From the IMG/VR virus record IMGVR_UViG_3300027659_000017, positions 33,956-97,955 of that record: a stretch of 64,000 nucleotides of DNA; one strand, given 5' to 3'. This document shows positions 21,440 through 31,100 of this stretch, in pieces (the stretch's first letter is position 1; the number at the start of each line of letters is the position of its first letter). Below the pieces are notes generated by a model. That model did no database searches, was not told the origin of the DNA, and worked only from the letters and a program-made list of their open reading frames with translations. Source of the stretch: a virus. Both the position numbers and the translations under genes were made by a program.

Positions 21440-24400
21440 ATGATAAAAGTTAGAATTAAAAAATTGCCGAAGGCAAAAACAGGATACCAACTTCAAGGAG
21501 CTTTGGTTAATGATGTTCCTGCAATGGGAGGAGCAGATTACAATGCATACATTGGTAAAGAAAAACTTAGAGAGAGTAAATATATTACTGCTGTTCCAAG
21601 AGATAAAGCTAATCTAGAGGCTGAGGGAGGTGAAACTGTTTACGGTGACATCAATGGAGATGGAATGCCGGAACATAAAATCATCAAAGGACCAAGACAC
21701 CATGCTGGTGGAGTACCACTAAGTCTTCCTGAAGATACATTTATCTTTAGTGATACAAGAAGTATGAGAGTTAAGGACCCGACAATACTTGCTATGTTTG
21801 GTAAGTCTCCTGGTAAGTCTTATACCCCAGCTGAATTGGCTAAACAATATGATATCCAGAAGTACAGAAAGATTTTAGAAGATCCTGATACAGATGCAAT
21901 AGAAAGAAAGTCTGCTGAGTTGATGATCAAAAAGTATGTTATTAAGTTAGGATGTCTTGCTCTTGCACAAGAGTCAATGAAAGGATTCCCACAAGGGATT
22001 CCTGTTGTTGCTAAACCATGTATGGAAGCAAGAGGTATTACAGAAGAACAAATCTTGCCAAGTAAAGAAATCTCTGGTTTGAATGATCAGCTGAAGAAAC
22101 AAATGGAGCAGCAACAGAATTCTGAAGAGACAATGGAATCAGAGAATCAGCAGAATCCTATGGAAGAAGCTCAGGAGATGAACCAAGGTCAACCAGTAGC
22201 TCAAGCACAACAAAGTCCATCACCAGAAGCAATGATGAGATTTGGTGGTATGAGAAGATTGAGAAGAGCTGCAGAAGGAATGATGCAACCATCTCCAGAA
22301 GAGATGGCTATGATGCAACAACAACAGCAACAACCACAACAAGGTGGGGGTGATGAGATGATGCAAATCATGCAAGAGGTTCAGGCTGCACTACAAAGAG
22401 GTGCACAACCTAATGAAGTTGTTATGAGTTTATTACAGAATGGTCTTCCACCTGAAGCTATAGTACAGATATTTACACAACTTGGTGCTTCACAAGAAGA
22501 GGCTGTGGGTATTATCCAACAAGCTATGTCTCAACAACAAGGTGGTGGAGAAGATCCAATGATGGCTCAAGGTCCTCCAATGTCTGAGCAAGAAATGATG
22601 CAGCAACAAGGAGCTCCAATGGCAATGTATGGTATGTCTATGGGAGGGTATGATATGCCTTTCTATGATATTCCACAAGCTGAGTATGGTATGGCAATGG
22701 GTGCTAACCCACAAAACTATCAAGGAAGACAAGGTAGAGTACCTTCTACAGGTCCTATGTACAATTTAGCTAAAGCACAAAATGGTGTAGAAACACCTGC
22801 ACCAATTGTCATTGATGGTACTGCAATGACTGATGCACAAATTGAACAAGAAATTTGGAACATTAAACAAAAAGACCCAAATGCTGTAGTACATGTTAAA
22901 CGTAAGGATGAAAAAGGAAATGTTAAAACACAAGTATTAAAACAATCTGGTTTTACAGTTCCTACTGGAAAAGATCTTGATGCTGCTGGTTTAGAGGGGT
23001 TCCCTGATACACCAAATGGTAGAATGGCAGCTGCACAGTATTTATTGATTAAAGAAAATATGTCTAACCCAGCGGTTAGAAAAGAAATGATTGCTAATAC
23101 AAGATCAGTTGTTGAAAATCCAGAAGCTTGGAGAGGAAAAGGTTCAACAAGTGCCGATCCAAATGATAAATGGTCTGTTAAATACGGTACTGAACCAACT
23201 GATGAGGAAATCATTAATGCTTCTTTGATGTTAAATAAAAGAAACTTGATGTTCCAAGCAAATGATGTGGATCCTCAATTGTTTTCTGACGTAGGTAATA
23301 AATTAGATGACCCAGCTACTGTAGTTAGTGAAGGTTATATAAATCCTAAAACACAAAAACCTTATACTACAACAGAGGCAACAGCTGCTATTAATGATTT
23401 AAGAAGTAAAGGTTTTACAAGTGTAGCCACAATGGCACAAAATCTTGGAGTTCCATTGGATCCAAGAGGTAAAGACAGAGTACTTCAACAATCTACAATG
23501 CATGCTTATGCACTTTCACATAAAAACTTTAGTGAAGGTAAATATGATAACGACCCTAATACAAAGTATGCAATGGATAACTTCTTGGGTAATGTTAATC
23601 AAGTACAATCCGGAGCTGGTGATGAATCTACTATGGGAGGTTTATATGGTGCATTAGGTAATAAGATTTCACCTCTTGATGACGAGTATGATTATTCAAA
23701 TAACAATTGGTATCAAACAAATTCAAGAGGTAGTCTTCAAAGAGGTAAATATACAACTTGGGGTGATACTCAAGCTGGTGAATACTTTATGGTAGGTAAA
23801 AGAAGTCAAGTTTATGACGATTTACCAGCAGATCCAAACTGTCAATGTGAAGATCAAAGTAAACCTAACTATAGTACATACAAAGATGACAAAGGAAACT
23901 GTACATGTACACCACCTACTGAAGTAAAGAATTGTCCTTGTGTTAAATCAGATGGTACTGAGATAAACATGACACCTAATCCGGATAATACATGTCCTCC
24001 TTGTACTGAAGATAAGCAAGTTCCAGTTCCTAAACCTCCTGCTGAGTTTTGGTTGCAAGATACAATCAAGACTGCTGGTGCATTTGGGGATTTGATGGGT
24101 GTTAAAAAATACATGGGATGGTCACCGGGAATGGATTACAAAAATCCACGACCTACATTCTTAGATCCTACAAGAGAACTTGCTGCCAATTCAGAACAAG
24201 CAGGTATTCAATCTCAAGCATTAGGTCAATTTGCTGGGTCACAAGCATTGTCTGCAAGATCAGCAGGTATTCAAGGTCAAGCTGGCAAGAATGCTGCAGA
24301 TATACTTTCTAAGTATAACAATGCTAATGTCAACATAGCAAATCAATTTGAGTTAAAAGGTACTGATATTGCAAACCAAAACACTGCATTAAGACAAGCA

Positions 24401-24883
24401 AATGCTTCTAAACTTTATGACCAGAATACTATTGCAAATCAGCAGTTTGATAATTCTAAGTTGGCATTGAGAAACAACTTGAGAAACTACTATACTAATG
24501 CTATTACTAATAAATGGAAGACAGATGCATTAAATCAAATGTATCCTAACTATGCAGTAAGACCTGGTAATGGTGGTGAGATGGGATTCCAACCAACACC
24601 AAGATCAGTAACTGGTCAAGGAGCTGGTAGTACTACAGGTAGTTGGCAAAAAGCAATGGATGAATGTAAAGCAAACAACCCTGGAGCAAGTGAAGCAGTA
24701 TTGTTAGCTTGTGCTAAATCTTCAACAGGTTCATATGGTTCACAACCAAGTACAGGAGCTAATGCAAATGCTGTCAATACAATGTATGGTTCTCAACAAC
24801 CTCAACGTGAAAGAGATGGAGGAGAAATATATGATGATGGTGGTTATGTTCACATTAACTCATGGCTTCCATTTATCTTGTAA
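21440..24883 (+). CDS. Virion-associated protein (N-terminal EAEGGE...HxxGG domain, Gln/Met-rich region, Cys-rich motif, Asn/Gln-rich helical C-terminus)
   Basis: 1147-aa ORF. NLEAEGGETV...GPRHHAGGVPL..PEDTFIFSD resembles a domain recurrent in crAss-like structural regions. Q/M-rich tract at ~22090-22700. Confidence 0.6.
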   Translation: MIKVRIKKLPKAKTGYQLQGALVNDVPAMGGADYNAYIGKEKLRESKYITAVPRDKANLEAEGGETVYGDINGDGMPEHKIIKGPRHHAGGVPLSLPEDTFIFSDTRSMRVKDPTILAMFGKSPGKSYTPAELAKQYDIQKYRKILEDPDTDAIERKSAELMIKKYVIKLGCLALAQESMKGFPQGIPVVAKPCMEARGITEEQILPSKEISGLNDQLKKQMEQQQNSEETMESENQQNPMEEAQEMNQGQPVAQAQQSPSPEAMMRFGGMRRLRRAAEGMMQPSPEEMAMMQQQQQQPQQGGGDEMMQIMQEVQAALQRGAQPNEVVMSLLQNGLPPEAIVQIFTQLGASQEEAVGIIQQAMSQQQGGGEDPMMAQGPPMSEQEMMQQQGAPMAMYGMSMGGYDMPFYDIPQAEYGMAMGANPQNYQGRQGRVPSTGPMYNLAKAQNGVETPAPIVIDGTAMTDAQIEQEIWNIKQKDPNAVVHVKRKDEKGNVKTQVLKQSGFTVPTGKDLDAAGLEGFPDTPNGRMAAAQYLLIKENMSNPAVRKEMIANTRSVVENPEAWRGKGSTSADPNDKWSVKYGTEPTDEEIINASLMLNKRNLMFQANDVDPQLFSDVGNKLDDPATVVSEGYINPKTQKPYTTTEATAAINDLRSKGFTSVATMAQNLGVPLDPRGKDRVLQQSTMHAYALSHKNFSEGKYDNDPNTKYAMDNFLGNVNQVQSGAGDESTMGGLYGALGNKISPLDDEYDYSNNNWYQTNSRGSLQRGKYTTWGDTQAGEYFMVGKRSQVYDDLPADPNCQCEDQSKPNYSTYKDDKGNCTCTPPTEVKNCPCVKSDGTEINMTPNPDNTCPPCTEDKQVPVPKPPAEFWLQDTIKTAGAFGDLMGVKKYMGWSPGMDYKNPRPTFLDPTRELAANSEQAGIQSQALGQFAGSQALSARSAGIQGQAGKNAADILSKYNNANVNIANQFELKGTDIANQNTALRQANASKLYDQNTIANQQFDNSKLALRNNLRNYYTNAITNKWKTDALNQMYPNYAVRPGNGGEMGFQPTPRSVTGQGAGSTTGSWQKAMDECKANNPGASEAVLLACAKSSTGSYGSQPSTGANANAVNTMYGSQQPQRERDGGEIYDDGGYVHINSWLPFIL

Positions 24884-24927
24884 ACTTTAGAGGTTTATTA
24901 AACTTATAAAATTTTAATAGTTTTACA
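24881..24927 (+). promoter_or_regulatory. Conserved intergenic element copy 2 (hairpin + AAATTTTAATAGTTTTA box), putative late promoter
   Basis: Aligns without gaps to 17262-17308; the box ends 14 nt before the ATG at 24940. Confidence 0.55.
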
Positions 24928-24939
24928 CAAACATAAATT

Positions 24940-27900
24940 ATGGCAACGTATTTACAAGGAGTCACAGATTATATACCAGATTATCAGCCGTTTCAACCTG
25001 ATTTAAATTTCTATGGTAATTTACTACAAGCTAAGCAAAATCAATATGATACTAACTGGCAATCATTAAATAATTTATATGGTCAACTTTACGGTGCAGA
25101 TTTAACTCACGAGTTAAATATTAAAAAGAAAGATGAGCTTCTAAAACAAATTGATTTCAATGTTAAAAGAATAACAGGTCTGGATCTTTCCCTAGAGCAG
25201 AATGTAACTCAAGCTATGCAAGTATTCAAACCATTCTATGAGGATAGGTATCTTATGAAAGATATGGCCTGGACTAAGAACTGGAAGAATACATATAACT
25301 CAGCTAATGCATTAAAGAACTCACAAGACGAGAAGCAAAGAAAACAATGGTGGTCTACAGGTGTTCAGGGACTAGATATTAGAAGACAAATGTTTAAGGA
25401 TGCTACATTAGATGAGACCTTAAATATGGGTAATGCACAGTATACTCCATTTGTAAATGCAGTTACTGAGTATTTAGATCTTGCAAAGAAGTATGATGTT
25501 GGTGCCGTAACACAGTTACCTGATGAGTCTGGTTTGTATTTGGTACGAAAGAAAAATGGTGAATTGATTTTACCTACTCTACAGAATATGTTCTTGGCTG
25601 AATATACTAATAGACCTGACATACAGGATATGTATAGAGAGCAGGCATTTGTAGAAAGAATGAATTATTCTTATCAGAATGCTGAGAAGTTTGGTGGTAG
25701 TAAATTAGAAGCTGAGAAGGATTACATCAAAGCAAAATATGATTGGTTGCAGAAATATTCAGAAAGTAAGAATGTTAAAGCACAAGATGAATTAAATACT
25801 ACTAAGAACTTACAAGGACAGCTTGAACAAGATATCAATAAAGGTAATGTGAATCCTCAACAGTTATCTTATGCAGAAAGACTTAATCAAGGTCTCAAAG
25901 TAAATAGTGCTATTGCTGAAGATGCTCAAAAGTTAGATGATCAAATTAATGATAAGCAAAATACTGTTGCTACTCAAGGTTACAATGAAGATATCTTAAG
26001 TGATATAGAACTTGCAAGATTAAAAGTAGACTCAGGATTTGCTTCTGTGGCAGCTGAACAAGATATTATGAGAGCTGCCAATGATTATGCTATGACTAAC
26101 TACGAAGTTGAGTACAAAGCTAATCCTGTTGGTCTAGAGTTCTTAAGAGATAAACAAGCAAGAGCAAGACAAAGACAAGGTCACACGGATAGATTGGAAG
26201 AAATCCAAGCTCAAAGTGATGCTAGAATGTGGGAAAAAGCTGTTGATTACAATGTTGGAAAGAACTATTGGAGTTTTGATAAAGATGGTAAGATAAATAC
26301 CAATCCTCAAGTAAATGGATTTGGTATTACGTTTACTACTCCTGACGGAACATCATCTGGTGAAGTTATGTCTATAGATGCAGCAAATCAATTGATGAGA
26401 ACTCAAATGATTAGTGAGCATGCTACTGAACCAGTAAGTAACTTGATGAAGTTTGTGCAGAATGGTGTTAATTCTAATTCATTTACTGCTGCACAGATTG
26501 CTCAGTTTGTATTGAAACTTAACCCAAGTGATCCTCTGGCAAAGAAGATTATGAAAGAAGGTAGTAAAAATTACAGACCGGAAATCATTAAAGTATGGAA
26601 TAGTGTATGGCAAAGTTATAATGCAGATCCAACTGGCTTTACTCAAAAAACTGTAAACTCGGGACAGATTTATAACATCAATGAGTTGATGCAAAGTTGG
26701 GCTACTAAACATGCTGGAAGTGAGTTGTCTAAAACATATTTTGGAGATCAATCAATGGTTAAGTTGAACCAACTTGCACGAACTGATGATGCATTGAATA
26801 GTGTAAGAAATAAAAACTACGATAAGATCCGAAATAAGTTTACTACTGACTTGAATTATATTGTTCAGAATGTAAAAAGTAAAGATCCGGAAACTTATGC
26901 TAATGTTACAGATGCAAAGGTTCAACAAGCTGTAGAACTAATGATGACAAGATATATCTTAGATGGTAAAGGTAATACAGATGATTTTGAAAAAATTGCA
27001 CCTGAAGTAGATAAGCAAGTTGCAGCTATACTAGGTTTCAATATTGGTAAGAAAACAGACCAAAAGGCAGATATGAACTGGTATAACTATGTATTCCCAT
27101 TAACCAATGTTCCTAAAATAGTTAATTCTGGTAGAGAAGTAGTAAGAGATGAGGCTTCTTGGGTAAAAGATGTATTTGATAATTCATTTGAAGAACTTGC
27201 TATGGATATGAATCCTGAAACAGGACTTCAAACATATCCTAATAATGCCACTAAAAGATCTGGTGACAAAGTATCATTAGCTACTGAAACTGGAAACATG
27301 ATGGTAGCTCCAGGTATTAGATGGGATCCAGGAAATCAGTCTGCTTCTCAAATGTTTACAACTATCATGGGTACTAACTGGGGCCAAGATGAGTATAAAT
27401 ATAGAATTACTACTAATGGTAACATACTTCCAGGTTCTGAAGAAGAATGGGAAGATACAGGAGTTTCTCAAAGTGAAGCCGTTGCAATTGTTAGAGAACT
27501 ACAGATGAGACTTAACACAGATAAGGAGCTTTCAAACTTTATGATTGGTGCCACTACAATGTCTATGGAAAGCAATGGTTTGGGTTCTATGAAAGTAAAT
27601 GCTCCAAGAGACCTGATTGAAAAGGTTATTAAAGGAATGGCTGGTGAAGATGCAAAAGAAAATGATCTTAAAAATAAGATTGACAAAATCTACCAGAACG
27701 GTATTACTTTTATTGCACCTAAAAATGTATGGGAAAGTAACAAACTATTTGGTATGCAGTTCCCGTCTCCTACTGAAATTCTCCTAAGACAGGGTCCTAT
27801 TGAATATGAAGATCCTGCTGGAAATGGTTTTTACAAAATTGAAAAAACAACTGGTAGCGGTGATTACATTGGTAATGGAACATTTTATGAAATGTTACCT

Positions 27901-28128
27901 GATGGTTCTAAGAAAGAACATCAGAGATACTTTGATAATAATGTAATGAGTGGTAGGACTATTGAAGAGAAAGAACAATTGTTTCACAACATACTTACGA
28001 AAACATTAACTCTAAACTTTGATATGTTTAGAAAGATCCATCAATCAGGGAATCAAGAAGCAATTCAAAGAGCACAGGATAATTTTGGTGCAACAGTTAC
28101 AAATCCTTTTTGGAAATATAATAAGTAA
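24940..28128 (+). CDS. Putative virion cargo/ejection protein
   Basis: 1062-aa helical-looking ORF, first of the giant-gene cluster containing the virion RNAP. No catalytic motif recognised. Confidence 0.55.
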   Translation: MATYLQGVTDYIPDYQPFQPDLNFYGNLLQAKQNQYDTNWQSLNNLYGQLYGADLTHELNIKKKDELLKQIDFNVKRITGLDLSLEQNVTQAMQVFKPFYEDRYLMKDMAWTKNWKNTYNSANALKNSQDEKQRKQWWSTGVQGLDIRRQMFKDATLDETLNMGNAQYTPFVNAVTEYLDLAKKYDVGAVTQLPDESGLYLVRKKNGELILPTLQNMFLAEYTNRPDIQDMYREQAFVERMNYSYQNAEKFGGSKLEAEKDYIKAKYDWLQKYSESKNVKAQDELNTTKNLQGQLEQDINKGNVNPQQLSYAERLNQGLKVNSAIAEDAQKLDDQINDKQNTVATQGYNEDILSDIELARLKVDSGFASVAAEQDIMRAANDYAMTNYEVEYKANPVGLEFLRDKQARARQRQGHTDRLEEIQAQSDARMWEKAVDYNVGKNYWSFDKDGKINTNPQVNGFGITFTTPDGTSSGEVMSIDAANQLMRTQMISEHATEPVSNLMKFVQNGVNSNSFTAAQIAQFVLKLNPSDPLAKKIMKEGSKNYRPEIIKVWNSVWQSYNADPTGFTQKTVNSGQIYNINELMQSWATKHAGSELSKTYFGDQSMVKLNQLARTDDALNSVRNKNYDKIRNKFTTDLNYIVQNVKSKDPETYANVTDAKVQQAVELMMTRYILDGKGNTDDFEKIAPEVDKQVAAILGFNIGKKTDQKADMNWYNYVFPLTNVPKIVNSGREVVRDEASWVKDVFDNSFEELAMDMNPETGLQTYPNNATKRSGDKVSLATETGNMMVAPGIRWDPGNQSASQMFTTIMGTNWGQDEYKYRITTNGNILPGSEEEWEDTGVSQSEAVAIVRELQMRLNTDKELSNFMIGATTMSMESNGLGSMKVNAPRDLIEKVIKGMAGEDAKENDLKNKIDKIYQNGITFIAPKNVWESNKLFGMQFPSPTEILLRQGPIEYEDPAGNGFYKIEKTTGSGDYIGNGTFYEMLPDGSKKEHQRYFDNNVMSGRTIEEKEQLFHNILTKTLTLNFDMFRKIHQSGNQEAIQRAQDNFGATVTNPFWKYNK

Positions 28129-28133
28129 TAGAA

Positions 28134-31100
28134 ATGGCTGAGGAAACATTAAACAATGTAGAGAATTTAGAAAATCAACCTTCTGGAGTTAGTCAATTGA
28201 TGGCTCAGAGTAATTTTCTAAATCCGGCAAGTATTGAACAACCACTTGCCCCACAAATTAATTGGCCAGACAATTTTGTTAACACTACAAATTATATTAA
28301 AGATAATACATCCGGAGTATCACCAGACTATCCTCCTTCTCAAGTAAGAGCTGATAGATCAAATGGTGTTTCTCAAGGTGGATTTGGTGCAATGCTGGAC
28401 AGAGAAATGGCTCAGATAAATAATTTATCTGATGTCAGTAGATATGCTGAACCTTATGCATATGATTCATCTCCTAAAGGTACATTTAGAGCAAGATATA
28501 AAGCTTATGGTCAGGATACTTTTAACAAAGTAGGTTTCCATCCTTTGATTGATAACGAGACATTCTTCAATCAGAATACAACCTTTGGTGATGACCTACA
28601 AAGATGGGCAACACATTCTGCATGGCCTATGTTGTCTAAAGGATTTATGGATCCTATTAGATCATATAAGAGTATCATGGATGGTAATGGTTTGTTTGAT
28701 GCAGATCCTGAAAGTGCACGAGACTATGAATACTACAATGCAATTGGTGCATCAAGTAAAGGTGGTTTAGGTGGATTTACAGTAAACTTGTTGAACTCTG
28801 CTTCATACTCTATGGGTATTCTTACAGAAGGTGCTATGGAAGGTGCCTTGATTGGAAGTTTATTTAGTGGAGGAAATGCTGCTACCGGTGCTATTGAAGG
28901 TAGTACAACTTTCTTAAACAAATTGGGAGCTCTACCTAAAGCATTGATACAAACTACCAAAGCTACAGGAGAACTTTTAACTAGTGTAAAGAACTATTCT
29001 AATCTGAGTAGAGCAAAAGAATTGTATGCTGCGGCAGGTAGAAACTTTGGTAACTTTATCAATCCTCTACATAATACTACCCAAGCATTTCATGAATTAA
29101 AGAATACAGATAACCTTACAAACTTGGCAAGGAGTGCAACCACTGCTGGTGCATTGTGGCATGATGTAATGGTTATGAATATGGCTCTTTCAGAAGGTAA
29201 ACTGGAAGGAGGTTTTACAAGATATCAAACATATGATAGATTGTATAACCAACATTTACAAGACAATAATGGTAAGGCACCAACTCTTGATCAACAAGAG
29301 TCTATGATGAGACAAGCATCAAAGGGTGCTTGGTGGAATACCCTTAACAATACAGCATTGATATACTATTCTAATAAGTTAGTATTCCCTTCTATTACCA
29401 ATGCTAGCTTCCTGAAAGGGATGCCTAAGTTTGGTTTTGGTAAAGTGGTTACTAATGTAGGAAAGGAATACCAAATCTTATTTCAACCGGGAAAGAATGC
29501 AATTGAGGGTGCCTTTACTAAACAAAGAGTAAGTTTTGTTAATGCAATTAAGTCATTGGCTAAACCTGCCACATATGGAAGAGTAGGTCTTAATTATTTT
29601 AAGGCAAACCTTGTTGAAGGTACACAAGAGGTATTACAAGATGTATTACAAGAGGCAACTCAAAACTATTATGTAGATACTTTTAAAAATCCTGATGCTA
29701 GAAACTTTAGATATGCTTCTGGATTACTAAGTGAGTCAATAGGAAAACAATGGAGTTCACAAGGACTTGAAACGTTCCTGTCTGGTTTCTTAATGGGTTC
29801 TATATTACAAGCTCCCGGGGCAATTAAAAAGTATGCAACTGTTGGATACAATGATTACCTACAAAAGAATCCTGAATATCAAACATACCTAAAGGATAGA
29901 GAACAACTGGCTGATACAGTGGTAGAGCAAATGAATACCATGTATAAGAATGGGCAGTATTTCTTTGACCCAAGAATAAGCAACTATGCTAATATTGGTT
30001 TGTTAGGTAGAGTAATTGATGATCCAGATAATCATACTACCAAAGACATTAAAGACACAGAGTTTGCTGCATTTCAAGCAGCAGTATTAAGTTCTTTACA
30101 GAATGGAACCTTTGACATGTTCTTGAAACATTATGAGGGATACAAACAAGCTTCTCCTAAAGACATTGAAGAAGCATGGGGATTGCAATCTGGTCAAGGT
30201 CCAAAAGCATTAGAAAGATTTGACAAGTCATTGGAGAGTGCAAAACAAATGTCCACTAGATGGACTGTAGCCAAGGAGAAAATGAAATTCATGGCTAATC
30301 TAGATGACTATAAAAAAGATACAGAAGAATATAGAATGGCCGAGATATACAATAAAGCCTATAACCAGGCATTGTATAACTATGTCTTCTTACATGGATC
30401 TTTTGATGACAATGTACATCGTGAAAAGAAACTTTACGAGAACTTGTCTAAACTATCTGCCATTAAAGAATCTAATTTCTCTGACATAGCTGCATTAACA
30501 GATCCAAATAGATTGCAGAGAGAGATTGAAATGATGAAGACAGAGGTTGAAAATCTTGAGAATTTCAACACTGCAGAATCAATAGCTGAAGCATCTAGAA
30601 AAAGAGAGTTGCTTGAACTATATTCTAATTTCCATGAGAAGCAGGAAAACTTGGTAGATTTATTCATAAACAAGTCAATCCTTGACAACATTAAAGCAGA
30701 GATCATAAAGGAGAATCCTGATATGACTGATGCTGAAGCTAGCACAAGTGCAATTGATAAGATTATTGAAGATTATGACAATGGTAGAAGTAATGAATTC
30801 TTAGATTACAAAGAATCATTTGCTACATTATTGAAAGGACTGGCAACTACATCACAGCAGAAACTCCAATTGGAGAGAGAAATGCAAGACATGGGTGGTA
30901 TTGATGAGCTATTTGATAATCTACTTGACACACATGTATTAAGAAATGAAACAGCACGGGTTGCTGAATATGTTAACCTGTTGTCTAATCCAAGAGACTT
31001 CTATGAGCACGTTATGAGAAACTTCAAATTCATGAAGGATCTATATAACAACAGAGAAGAGATTGTCAAAGAGATTGTTAACCAAGAAATCTCAGCTATT

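Noticed and set aside
5146-24883. Diversity-generating retroelement or tandem DNA repeats as the explanation for the modular repeats
   Set aside because: No reverse transcriptase and no near-identical TR/VR pair seen. Similarity between modules is short and mostly at the protein level.
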